This document shows, piece after piece, positions 1 through 11,967 of a DNA stretch of 64,000 nucleotides. The position numbers and the translations under genes are program-made. The notes below the pieces were generated by a model. That model had not been told where the DNA came from. It worked only from the letters and a program-made list of their open reading frames with translations, and searched no databases. Positions within the stretch are counted from its first letter, which is position 1. Every line of letters begins with the position of its first letter. The DNA is from Camelus dromedarius (Eukaryota), in the NCBI RefSeq assembly GCF_036321535.1, contig NC_087437.1:112098001-112162000 (forward strand), read 5' to 3'.

Positions 1-1290
1 GTCCACTGTCAACCAGCATCAGGGCAATGCTCTCAATAACTGGACAGCTGGGGAATTAAGGTGTCAAGGAGAGAGATGCACCATGTCAGCTGAGAGTTAA
101 TGCTCTAATTCCAAGTTGGTCGTACCAGAGTAAGAGCAGGGCTCCTGGAATCAGGCAGGTCCTAGTTTGAATCCCAGCACCACCCGTTGGGTACCTGACA
201 CCCACTACCTAACCTTGACTTTTGAAAAATTCCTACCTCTCCCAGTCACCATAAAGAGGAGCACTGGTCATGCGCATCTGTTCCTTGGTAACAAGCCAAC
301 ACAGAACTGACCTCTAAAAGGGCTCTTTTCATTTAGTTATTCTTCCTGGACAGAAATGGGGTGGTCACATGGTGGCTGTAGGGGTAGGACTTTTTTTACA
401 CAGATTAGAATAAAACTTTATTTTCAGCTTATCTGCTGTTCTGTCAGAACATGAATAAACAGGAAGCAGCTGTCAGGTTATGTTTTCCCGCCACAAGGTG
501 TCATTTATTCCATTCCCATAGGCTGTAAACAGTCAGAATTTAGTGATAAGAACCATTGAAGGATGTCACCTATCATGACTCCAGTGAGCTCTTTCTATTG
601 TATATGGTCAGGGATGGCTCAGGCCCCTGGAAATATTTTTCCTACTTAGGGTATGTAGGCAAGAATTATGCACACACAAGGGTTGGGGCTGTTTCAGTTA
701 TATATTGTGGTAGAAAAACTACCTCCAAATGTAGTGGCTTGAAACCATCGTTTTACTATTTCTCAAGATCCTGAAGATAAGCCATTTGTTCTCAACCACC
801 CAGAAGCACTGACAATGGGTGCACTTAGATGGTACACCCAGCCAAGGATGGAAAATGCTCCCTGGTGCAAAAGTAAACAGAAACAGTTTGCAGCATGAAA
901 GCAATTGCTCAAGCCTGCTAACAGCCCAGGGGGAAGTCCAAAATGAGAAATGGGAGGCTGTCCGGTGTCCTGCCTCTCAGTGGGACCTGCACAAGTCCAG
1001 CAGAGCAAAGTGGAAGGTTTGGCTGCCCTCACGGCAGGCTGGAGTCGACCCCTCATGGGATTCGGCCTCCAGTAATAAAGGGAGGCTGGCTGCAGACGGG
1101 TACTGTCCGTCTGAGGCATTGGGGTAACCCTGGAAACTGGAAAGAGAGAGAATTGGGGTCAGTTACCATATCCACTGTGGATGGTTAGTTTCCCAAAAGT
1201 TGCAAAGGTATCTGTGAAAAGATGTGTGGCAAAGATCTCTATTTATGCAGCAAAACAGTCTGAAGGTGATAAAGTAACATGATGGCTGGG

Positions 1291-1400
1291 ATTCATTCAT
1301 TCATTCATTCATTCATTCATTAACAAGCACTGATCTGGTATTTTATACGTCTCAGGCACAGTCCTAGGCCCTGAGAACGAAAATATGTATCATATAACCT
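1291..1400 (-). mobile_element. LINE-2 3' end with (TTCA)n tail
   Basis: (TTCA)n at 1291-1321 followed by AACAAGCACTGA...CAGGCACAGTCCTAGGCCCTGAGA. Confidence 0.65.
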
Positions 1401-3562
1401 GGGGTTGGAAAGAAGACAAAACTCACAGGGAAAGAAGTGATGGTCACCATGTCAGTGAGAAGTGGCTGGTGGGGAGTTTGGGCTGTATGCTTTGAGTGTG
1501 ATGCATGCAGTGCAAACTCAGAAGTCCGTGCACATATCCTGAAGCCACACTACTGTGGTGGCTTGGAAATAGCATTTAGGGAAGGGGTGACAGAAGAACT
1601 GTACCCCACAGGACATCCCAGGTCCTCTGGAGCAGCAGTGAGCCCCTGACCCCATCATGTTACACCAGCTGAGAGCACGTGGGGCCAGCAGCACAGGAAA
1701 CCAGGAAGAAGCCAGTGGGAGAAGCCTAGCTGGCTGGAGCCACACCCGGCATGGGAGACAACACGAAGCTACTGTCCTCGCCAAAGACAGTCTTGATCCA
1801 GGCTGGGACCCCCAGCACTGCTTTCCCAGTCCCGGCGACTCTCAGCACCCCAGGAATTTTTAGGCCTGAAGAGCGATAGCTGCCTCAATTCTTTCCCTGG
1901 TTGAAGGGCACGCAAATCCTGTGTTATCGCTGAGCGGACAAGAATCTGAAAAGGCAGGCCGAGTCCCAGCTCTGTGAAAGCAAGTGAGAACTTGCCCTAA
2001 GTGCCCTCCATCATTTTAAATGGATCCACTGTTAAGATCAGGAAGAATCAAGTGAGTTAATAATGGAGTGATTACTCTCCTTGAGTATTATTAACAACAA
2101 TATAATACTTCCTGTTTCCTTGTCTGGACACAAGCAGCTGCCATGCGCCAAGGAAATACAGGTCATAATAGGGGATAAAGATGCATGAAATTGGCCCTGA
2201 CCGTCGTCTCCACGCAACGTGGGAAGCAGTGCCGGTTGCCACAGCTGCGCCTCCTTCCCTCCCGTTGGTGGGGGAGCTGACGGAGGCCAAGCCCACCCTC
2301 GGGGGATTCTAGACTATTCTGGTATTCCAGAAACCATTGGGCTAGATGGGGCCCCATCCTGGCAAGAGAGCACTGGTGACCAAGAGCTCATCAGTGCACA
2401 CACGTCCTGGGAGTCTCTCTCTGGTAGAAGGACTGCCGGTCTCCAATCCTGCTCGCATGTTAACAGGTCTGAACGTCGAGGCCAGAGGCACGTGGAGAAA
2501 AGAGGGAGAAGAATTCCTTCCTGTCCATCTTAGTCTGGGCTCTGCATCAGGGGAGACTGCACTGGCCCCACCTCTCTCTGGCCTTCAGTTTCCTCACCCA
2601 CAAAACATCCAGTTGCCCTCCCAACCTCCTAGGGACACCATAAGGCTCAAACGAGATGACAGATGTGAAAGCGGTCAGGCAAAAATAAGAGCAAGGGTAT
2701 TCACGGGCAGGACACACGCCCAGCCCAGATGGCAGGAACCGGCTACACGGCCACTGCTACCGACGGCTGCCTGCACACCCTCGGCCTCCGCAGCACCCTG
2801 CACAGTGCTCTGTTACCCCCCCCAGCGCCCGCTTGGGCAAGCACAGGTTGCGACATTTCTGAAAACATGTTCTGACTTATTGATAGACCAGAGGAAGGTG
2901 TCTCAATCCTTCTACGAACAGCTTTTAAAAATAGAATACAGAGCAGGGGTGCATGTCCCCATGGCTGTGGCTGGAGTTTCCCTGTTTGCCCCTCCCTTCC
3001 CCCCACCTTCCTGGTTTGTCCATCCTGTTCCCATTCTCCCTTCCAGGCACCATGGTCTGTTCCCTGGCCTCCTGTCCCCCTACCACTCCCCTGCCTGTCC
3101 CTTCTCCACCCCCAATCCTCTGGGTTCTTCTGAGTACCAAACCCTCCTGCAGGAGGCCTCAGCTGTAAGCAGCCGATCTCTCTTCTAAACACGGAAAGCC
3201 TCGCTGTCCTCAAAACAAGGACCCGCAGACCATAAGTGTCAGCAGCACCTGGGCGCTGATTACAACGGTGCATCTTGGGCTCCCCCACGCCGGGCTCCCC
3301 GACCCGGACTCTGCCCTTTAACAAGATCCCGCTGCTCCACGTGCTCTGGGCCACAGCAGCTCCAATTCCCTCCCAGCTCGTCCATACGGTAACCTGATAT
3401 GGCGAGTCAGATGTTCCGATGTGTGCACCTCACATCCTCAAGTGGATTATAAATTATCAGGAGGCAAGGAGCCCAAGCTTTCTCAAGGGTTGGCACAGGG
3501 CACTGCACGGAGCGAGTGCTCAGTGAACTTGACCAATCCATCTACATTCAGCCTCTGCACCC

Positions 3563-3925
3563 GTTCACTCAAGGATTTACTGAGCCCCCGGTAGGGGCCC
3601 AGCCCTGCTCAAGGCACCGGGGTACAGCCGAGAACACTGCTCTGTGGACCCTCTGCTTGAGACCGGAAGCAGAGAGACACGTATAAATATGTGGACAAGT
3701 TAGTAACCAGGCCATTGTAGCTGTTGGTAAATGCCATGAAGAAAATAAAGCCGGGAGGAGTGACGGTGTGACCAGTGGGGACAGGTGGGGTTGGGGGGCA
3801 CCATTAGGGGAGCTGTTCTGAGAAGGCCTCATGAGGGTTCATCTCTGCACTGAGAACTCAGTGGTGAGAAGACCTGGGCGCAGGCTCCCAGCAGGGGGAA
3901 GAGAGGTGGGCAAGGGCCCCAGAGG
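3563..3925 (-). mobile_element. LINE-2 3' fragment
   Basis: TTCACTCAAGGATTTACTGAGC...AGGCACCGGGGTACAGC...AATGCCATGAAGAAAATAAAGC...GAGAAGGCCTC...GCAAGGGCCCCAGAG. Confidence 0.65.
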
Positions 3926-4282
3926 GTGGCCTTGGCCCACGTTCCAGCACACGCCTTCTCTCCCTGCCCTGTTCCAGGCAATTCCACCTGCACCTCCTGG
4001 GGCAGGACAAACCGCGGGTCTCAGGTCCATCCGTCTGTGTCTGTCTACCTCGCCAATGTGTGTTCTCCCATGCTGTCGGGTGGCTCCTTGGTCATTTCCT
4101 CATCCTTGTCTCCAAAGTCAGCTTTGCTCTTTCTTTAAACATCATTGAGATGCCATCAAATATCCAGCCGTGGGCCCAAGTAACAGGCACGAGGAAAGAG
4201 CTTCTTCTAAAAACATTCTTCGTAAATCAGTCTCATTTTCCTAGATGGGGCTTGGTGAGGCCGTCTTGGCCTTGCTATCTAG

Positions 4283-4395
4283 AAACTGTGGTCCTCCGAC
4301 TCATCTGGGAGCTTGTTAGAAATACAGAGTCTCGGGCCCCACCTTAAACTGTTGAACCAGGATCTGCAGTTTGCAAGACCGCCAGGAAATTTGAC
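4283..4395. mobile_element. MER5A-like MITE fragment
   Basis: CATCTGGGAGCTTGTTAGAAATACAGAGTCTCGGGCCCCACC...GATCTGCAGTTTGCAAGA. Confidence 0.7.
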
Positions 4396-4712
4396 CTGGG
4401 GCAGAGTTCTGCCTCCACTCGCCACTGTCTCTAGAAACCTCCAAACAAGCACACAGGACAGCTGACATTGTGGTGAACCAGGCACCCACCTCATTCTTGC
4501 TTTAACAAGTACCTGTGAGGTAGAGACGGAAGTGAAATTATAAGCTTCATTTTGCAGACGAATTAGCTAAGGCTCGGGGAGGTTAAGTAAGCTGCCCCAC
4601 TTCACAAGCTTGTAAGTGACAGGCTGAGTGTGAGCCCCAGTGGCCCAGCTACAAACAGAACCGGCCCGCTGACCACCCCACGGCATTACAGAGGAGGTGT
4701 TGGCTCAGAGGC

Positions 4713-5131
4713 TGCATCAGTCGGCTCAGACTGCTGTAACAAAGTACTACACAATGGGCAGCTGAAACAAGAGAAATGTGTTGTCTCCTGGTCCTGAAGG
4801 CTGGAAGTCCAGGATCAAGGTGAGGGAGAATCAGTTCCACCCCTCTCTCCCAGCGTCTGGTAGTTCACTGGCAATCTCTGGCATCCCCAGGCTTGTAGGA
4901 GTATCACCAGATCTCTGCCTGCATCTTCACCTGGCATCTTCCCTGCGTGGATATCTCTGTGCCAAAACTCCCCCCTCTTTCAAGGACACCAGTCATATTG
5001 GATTAAGGCCCACCCCAATGACCTCATTTTAACTAACTACATCTGCAATGATCCTACTTCCAAAGGTCACATTCTAAGGTACTGGGGGAGAGAACTTCAA
5101 CGTGAATTTGAAGAACACACTCAATTTATAA
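4713..5131 (-). mobile_element. MaLR LTR (MLT1C-like)
   Basis: Diagnostic blocks GGCTGGAAGTCCAGGATCAAGGTG, AAGGACACCAGTCATATTGGATTAAGGCCCACCCCAATGACCTCATTTTAACT and GGTCACATTCTAAGGTACTGGGG. Confidence 0.85.
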
Positions 5132-5157
5132 GAGAGGTTAATAAAAACAATTACATC

Positions 5158-5329
5158 ATACTGTACAGCACAGGGAACTATATTCAATATCTTTCAGTAA
5201 CTTATGGTGAAAAAGAATATGAAAATGAATATATGTATGTTTCTGAAGCATTATGCTGTACGCCAGAAATGGACACAACATTGTAAACTGACTATACTTC
5301 AATAAAAATATATTATATACAAAAAAAAA
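5158..5329 (+). mobile_element. LINE-1 3' end (younger artiodactyl-type subfamily)
   Basis: CTGTACAGCACAGGGAACTATATTCAATATC...GACACAACATTGTAAACTGACTATACTTCAATAAAAA plus A tail. Confidence 0.85.
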
Positions 5330-5337
5330 TCCAGTTA

Positions 5338-5540
5338 TAAGAGCTAACACTCTGCCATGCCTTGTTCCCAGGGCCCTACAGGTATCAACTCGCTCAGTCC
5401 TCACCACAGTCTTTGAGATAAGTTCTACTTTCATCCTTGTTTTGCAGGTGGAGGAAACTGGGTCACTGACAGGTATCATCTCTTGTCCTAAGTCACAGAA
5501 GGAGCCAGGACTCGAACCCAAGTCATCTGGGCTCAAGTTT
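5338..5540 (-). mobile_element. MIR SINE
   Basis: GTCCTCACCACAG..TGAGATAAG...TTTTGCAGGTGGAGGAAACTG...CTAAGTCACA..GGAGCCAGGACTCGAACCCAAG. Confidence 0.75.
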
Positions 5541-8500
5541 GCACTACAGCTCGCTCAGTATAGGATTATACTGAGGTCACATTTATTTAGTTTATTTACC
5601 AAGTTGCTGCTGGATTTTGGTTCAGTGTGTCCAGGAAAGGGTCTCTGAAACAGAACCATTTGGTTGGCGCATCCATGGTGTTCAACGAGCACAGGGACAG
5701 AAGGGGCTAGAAAACCCCACATCCTCGATGCAGAGGAAGCATGCACTGAAGGCAGACAAACCTCGAGCACCACCCTAGTCTGAATGAAAACCGTAAAATA
5801 AGTGTCTCTCCACAGGGCCTGGCACATAGCAGGTGCTCAGCAGTCTTAGCTACTGTTATCATTTTACTAAGCAGCTAATACATGCCAAGCTCTGGGCAAG
5901 GCACCCTCCTGCTATTTCCTTCTCATCTTTATAACAACCCCAGATGAGGAAACTGAGGCTCAAATGAGTCTCACTGAGGCCACAGTCTCGCTCTTATCCC
6001 CAATCCAGGGATCAGGACTCTACTTTGTAAGATATAAATAGGCTGAGGCTTTGAGCAGAAAAGCCTTAGAATAGCCCAGCAGAGGAGATCTGCATGTATA
6101 ACACAGATAGTCTTCACCAACTGAGTTAATATTTCCAGGTCAGAGCGCCTTCGGGAGAGGAAGGAGGCGGCCTCCCGGCTCCGGTCTCCTTAGCTGCTCC
6201 CTGGGAAGTCTGCACACTGCCTTTCTTTTTCCCCCCGGTGGTCTAATCTGGAGTCAGATCCAGCCGCTGGCTCTTACAGACGGGGAAGGACTGCGAGCCA
6301 ACGGGAAAACAACAGGTGAGCTTCTGAACAGTGCCCTTCTGTGCCTCAGGCAGGGTGTCTGCCCGGGTGACCGCAGGGCCACAATGACTTCCAGAACCTT
6401 CTGTCTCTGCAGGTGTTTTAGGAACTTGGCCACAGCGCTTCAGTGACCCATATTTTATTACCTTTCAGGTTTCTATAATTCATCATTCACTCCTTTCTGA
6501 AAACCTAGAATGAAAGTTTAGCAGCTCAGTGCCCCGGCCTCCGTCCATTTTCTCCCCAAACACATCGGCCTGTCTGTTCCCTTTCATCCGCGTTCTTCCT
6601 GTTGCATTCTGCCCGTTCAATGGGGAAAGAGTGAAACCGGATGGCTGGACCCAGTGCGGGGAAATGACTTCAGAGCCACCTTTGTTTCCCTCATTCCTTT
6701 GAGCACACTTGGCCCTGCATCTCTATGAAAGGGCTTGTTTGAACCATTTGGAACATCTAGCAAACGGGAGATGCTGCAGCCAGAATCCCTTGCATCTTTT
6801 CAGGCTGCCTGAGACTCTGGGTAAAACTGCCAAATTTTTGCAACAAAACTAACCATGACATTGGACATTGTGTTATAAATTAGCCACAGCCTTCCAAGCA
6901 AATTGTCTCTTTTCATTGTGTCAGTGTAAGCCTTTGGAGCGTTTGGCTTCAGCTCCTGACTTCGGGGAGACTCAGAATATTTTCATTCGGCCCCAAACCA
7001 ACCCTTCCAACACCAAGCCGCATATGCTAATATACGTATTTTAACTCACAGTTATTCTTAGCACCTTTACCCAGAGGATCGCTGTGAGCTACATTCCATT
7101 CCTTTGCCTTAAAATTCTGCCAAAGGCTTCTAAGTTTTGATAGGACAGGAACTCTCTCCATTCGTCATTAAAACAGAAGGATGTATTTCTCTTTTTCTAG
7201 GCTTCTTACAGTGATTATTTGAAGTTTCTTTTAAGGAGGAGTTCTTTTCAGATATCCAGTGAGAGGTATTAAAATATGTCAATATAAAGCTCTAGGTGAC
7301 ATGACATGTAGAATTGCAGCATTTGGTACTCAGGGAAGTGGTTCTATTTCTGTTACATCAACTGTGTTCAAAAAAAAAAAAAAAAAAAAGAATGATCTAC
7401 CCATCAGCTTGAGCTATGGCCCCAAATAACCATATCAAGATTTTGTTATTAAAAAGAATCCCCCCAAATACTCAGATGTTATCTGATTTCTTTTATTTAT
7501 TTCCCTTTCATTCTTTCCACAGAAAAGAAGGCACAGGGCAAAAGTGAATCTTGGAAATAATCTTCAGCAGTCAACTTTATTAAAATCAGGTCCACATGAC
7601 ACTTGTTAAAAATAAAAGAGAATAAATCTTCTTATAAAATTTGTGAAACACACTTACTACCTTTGATCTTCAGTGTTTCAGCCAGTACAGACACCACCGC
7701 ATGACCGCCTTTGCCCTTCCACACCGCGAGTAAGGACACTGTGACAATCACAGAGCTTTGCAGCAACATCGTAAGTAACTATAAACATCATATTGGTGCA
7801 TGACAACTTGATTGACTTACACTGCCTTTTGAAAATGAACAAAATGTGTACTCTTTCAGATTTTCCCAGCAGGAACTTTTATTAAATCTGAACTGTTTCT
7901 AATTGTGACTTAGATTCTGTTGAGATGGTCCCCAACAGAGAGGGGACCAAACGTGGCTAAGGAGCCGTGCTCCATCCAAGGACACTTACCAAGGGTAACC
8001 CACCTCCTCCTCCCTGTCTTCTCTCTCCGTTCCTCTCCTCTACCCAGAAAGAAGCTCAGTGCCCCTCTCCCTGCAGCTCCTCTCTGTCTTCTGTGTTCCA
8101 GGCTGAGCTATATTTGGATGGGGTGGGGGAAGCTGATTGAGGGCAAACATCAGATATGGCGGCCCCTTCTCAGAGCGAGAGTGTAAATTTCAAACCTCTT
8201 GGGTAATGGAAACTTTCCAGAGAATTTGCCCTTCTTAGAAAAAAGCAGCACTTTAAAGTGAACTCTGCTATTTCATTACAGGTCTAAGCTCCAGCCAGTT
8301 TAAACAGCACATCCTAGCAAAGACAATCTTTTCCACCTAGCTGGCTTTCTGCAAGAAGACAGTCTCTCCAGGGACAACAGAGGGCTTTGCAGCCTGTCTG
8401 TGCTGACAGAAGGGTGGAAGGCACCGTATCCAAAACACCCATTTCCCCCTTGCACACTCACTGAGGCTTCGGGGCCCCACTGTCTGCCACTGCAACAGTT

Positions 8501-10416
8501 CCACCTTCTTGACCCAAAGCAAAAGGGGTGCGGGAGGGCTGGGGGACAGGCAGGAGATGCTTTAGGTTTCTATGCAGGAACAAGGAAGCCTGACACACAC
8601 ACCTCCTTGGGGTGAAAAGAGTCATGAACACACACACACACAACCCCTTTAGGCAAAGACAAGAGTGGTTGTTATGGTGGATGCAAGTTGTTCCCCAAGC
8701 ATGTCCTGAATGTGGGAGGCCACGGCAGCTGCCTCCCCTTGCGCTGGCCCACGGGGCCCCTGCCAGGGGCTATAATGGCTTGCTGGCCCTTGCCAGCTGT
8801 CACACTTTGCATGCCGCTGGAACTCCAGTCCAGCAGAGGGGGCATCCAAGTCACCAGCTTCAACAAGCGCCAAATTCTGTCCCCATGCTGGGCCCACACG
8901 GCCACCCAGAGCTCTCTTCTGAGGTTCCGCCGAGAGCCCGTCAGTACATACTGAACAGTGTGTCTGACTGACAGGGTCCTTGGCCAGGGGAGGGAGTAAT
9001 CCTTCCCCAAGATGAGATTTGAGAAGGTTAAGGGCTCAAGGGAACCATTAGGGACATCCCTTTGTGGGGGAAGAGTAGTGTGTGTATTTCCATCTCTGAT
9101 TCCTGGGGCGCCCCTGACGATGGATGGGAAAGGGGCAGGGTGCTGTTTAGGCCACTGTCCCAGGCTGAGCTTCTATCTTTTTCACTCACTTCCTCTTCCT
9201 GCTGGCAGGGGAAGGCCTTAGGGTCCCCCCCTAGGACGTGGGCAGAGGAGGGAGCAAGAGGGTGAGGTGGCTGGGGCCCACCCCCATCTGTCACCTCAGC
9301 TACAGGACAGAGGGGTCCTCAGGGTGAGGGTGAGCTTCGCCAGAAAGGGCTGTTCAGGGTTCATGGAGTTGGGATCCTGGGAGCCTTTTCTTCCAAGCAA
9401 TGACCGAAACCCATCAATTCCTCAATACAGGCATGGTCGAGGCTGCCCCTCCCTCCTTTTACTGAGTCCCCAGCCCTCCCCATCGTGGCGCCCTCCTCAG
9501 CTTCCTGGAAGCCTGGTCCAGATGGAGGCAATTCTGGAAGCTGGCCACTGATGCTGCAGCTCCACCTGTCCTGTCTGAAGGCACATTGTCAACCCAAGAA
9601 ATCCACTACCGTCTGGGAGTCTCAGTTTCACCATCTACAGTAGGGATTTTAAAAATGCCCAGCTCATAGGGTTCCCATAAGAATCAAATACTTTGAAAAC
9701 CAGTATGCTTTAACAAAACAGGGAATGATTAGTGAGATCTTAAACTTACTGCTTGAAACTTTCAAGACGATTTCCTTGGTCTCTCTCCTTCCTGCCCAGT
9801 ATGGTTCTGCTTGGGGACTCAGGTCCTTCCTGCTGAGGCCTCTTCTTCTCTAAGTGAGCCCCCCAGCCTGCTGGTGGGTCCTATCAGGCCCCTTCCCTCT
9901 CTGTGAAACCTATGGGAAACTCTTGGATTAAAGGATGGTTGGGAGCTTGCACATTTCAGTGATGAACCTGTGAGCTAGTGGAGATTTCAGACCAGTTCTC
10001 AGATCCCCTGGGACACACACTCATCGCAAAGCTTTGGGAGGATGAAGAAATGAACAGTCACAACTGAATACAGAGATGACCTCCACATAACACAACCTAG
10101 GCTGTGGGGAAGCGCTATCAATGGTCTGCCGAGCATGGTGAGAGGAAGCAGATGAGAAGTCACCAAGACTTTGGGAAGAAAGTAATGTTGAAGCTGACCC
10201 TGAGGCCTGGGCGGGATGCTACAGGCAAAGCTGAAGGTCAGAAACAAAGATCAGAGTGAGCCTACAGGGAGAAAGTTGGTGGAAGAAAATGGAACAAAGC
10301 GGCCCTGAAATCAGCGAGCACAGCCAATGGGCTCCGAGAGCTAAAATCAGTCTCCATGGAGATAGGCCCTTCAACAGCATCCCTCTTCTTACACCAAGGA
10401 GGACCAAGGTCAGCAT

Positions 10417-10612
10417 CAGCACTGTCCAACAGAACTCTCTGTGATGATGAAATGCCCTCTGTGCTGTCCAGGAGGTGGCCACTGTAGCCACTGCTAAGCA
10501 CTTGAAGCAATGCTAGTGCAACCGGGGAACGAAATTTCTAACTCGGTTTTATTTTAATGAATTAAATTTTAATAGGCACAGGTGGCTAGTGGCTACCACA
10601 TTGGATGGTAGA
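10417..10612 (+). mobile_element. hAT-Charlie MITE (MER3-like)
   Basis: CAGCACTGTCCAACAGAACTCTCTGTGATGATGAAATG...AGCACTTGAAGCAATGCTAGTGCAAC...GTGGCTAGTGGCTACCACATTGGA. Confidence 0.85.
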
Positions 10613-11079
10613 GGTTTAGATACCATAAGGCCCTCTTCCCCTTGACATTGTGCTATGCAAGGATAAGAAACCACAGTTGTATGCCCTGGTATTGGGGTAG
10701 AAAACTTCCACAGCCACCAAGTAATGCTATTTTATTTGGGGAAGAGAAAAGTTCAGTTCCACCCTGAAGATATGAGTGTGCGCATGGGTTGCTGTTTTGT
10801 TTTGTTTTGTTTTGTTTTCTGATAAAAGGTCCGTTTCTGTGTGAGTTTTTGCTTAAATAAGAGTTGAGTCGCTGACAGAATGAATACATTTCCCCTTTGG
10901 GGAGGAAAGAAACCCAACCTAAAAGCTCCTTAGTCCATAATGACCTTTTAATCAGACGAAGAGGGGAGGCAGAGGCTGGGAGTAGCCATTTTGATGCTAC
11001 TGGTCATTGAGCCCAGACATTTCGTTCTCAAAACCTCACAGGAAATCACATGTTAAAAAAAAAAAAAACATGTTGCAAC

Positions 11080-11531
11080 CATGCTCATAGTAGCATTATT
11101 CACAATGATCAAAAGGTGGAGGCAACCCAAGCGTCCATCTACAGAGAGCTGGATAAACTAAATGTGGCGTATACATACAATGGACTATTTATTATTCAGC
11201 CTTAAAAAGAAACAAAATCCTGACACATGCTAAAGCACGGGTGAACACTGAAGATATTATGCTAAATAAAATAAGCAGGTCGCTAAAAAATACACACTGT
11301 ATAGTTCCACTTACATGAAGTACCTAGGGTAATCAGATTCATAGAAGATCAATGGTTGCCTGGAGTTGCAGGGGAGATGGGGAATTGTTTAATGAGTAAA
11401 GAGTTTCAGTTTTGCAAGATGAGAGTTCTGCAGATGGGTTGCACAACAATGTGAACGCACTTAACACTACTGAACTACATACTTGTAAAAGTTAAGATGG
11501 TAAATATTACGTGTATTGAACACAATTTAAA
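11080..11531 (+). mobile_element. LINE-1 3' end (L1MB-like) just upstream of the OLIG1 CpG island
   Basis: GCATTATTCACAAT..AAAAGGTGGAGGCAACCCAAGCGTCCATC, TATTCAGCCTTAAAAAG, GTTGCACAACAATGTGAA..CTTAACACTACTGAACT. Confidence 0.85.
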
Positions 11532-11746
11532 ACAAACCAATATGCATATGTATACCAAAAAGAAGAGGCAGAGCAGAAGGAGGTAGGCACAGGAGTTTTG
11601 GCTTCACCAATGCCACCAGCCCTCCAGGAACAACCACACTGCACCCGAAAAGGCGCGTTCCTCCCTCCCTCCCGGGGTGCCTGTCCTGTGACTCCAACGC
11701 GCGCTCACAATAATCTCCTTGAGCCTTGCCAGCGGCACCTCCGCGC

Positions 11747-11836
11747 CCAATGAGCACGCGCCTGCGCCAAACCTCGCGCCCCTATTGGCTGCGCCCAGCA
11801 GCCCGCGGCCCCGCAGGTTCCCAAGCCGGGTTTAAA
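11747..11836 (+). promoter_or_regulatory. OLIG1 core promoter: two CCAAT boxes and a TATA-like element
   Basis: CCAAT at 11747-11751, inverted ATTGG at 11784-11788, TTTAAA at 11831-11836 in GC-rich surroundings. This predicts a TSS near 11860, about 105 nt before the ATG. Confidence 0.7.
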
Positions 11837-11967
11837 GGGGTCCGGCGCGGGCTGCTGCTCTGCCATCGGCTCCCCGCGCGCAGGTCTGCGGGGAGGGGCG
11901 GCCTGCTGAAAGGCCCACCCCGGGGCGTTCCTGAAGGGCGCCTCGGCCGCCCCTCACCGCCCCCCAG

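Noticed and set aside
490..504. CTCF-like motif CCACAAGGTGTCA (also AGGTGGCGC on the minus strand near 48340)
   Set aside because: Only partial matches to the core consensus; cannot be supported without PWM scoring or ChIP data.
2346..3188. 280-aa + strand ORF
   Set aside because: No recognisable domain, Pro/Ser/Leu-rich, runs through a MIR fragment (GLQFPHPQN is the translated MIR core), no promoter context.
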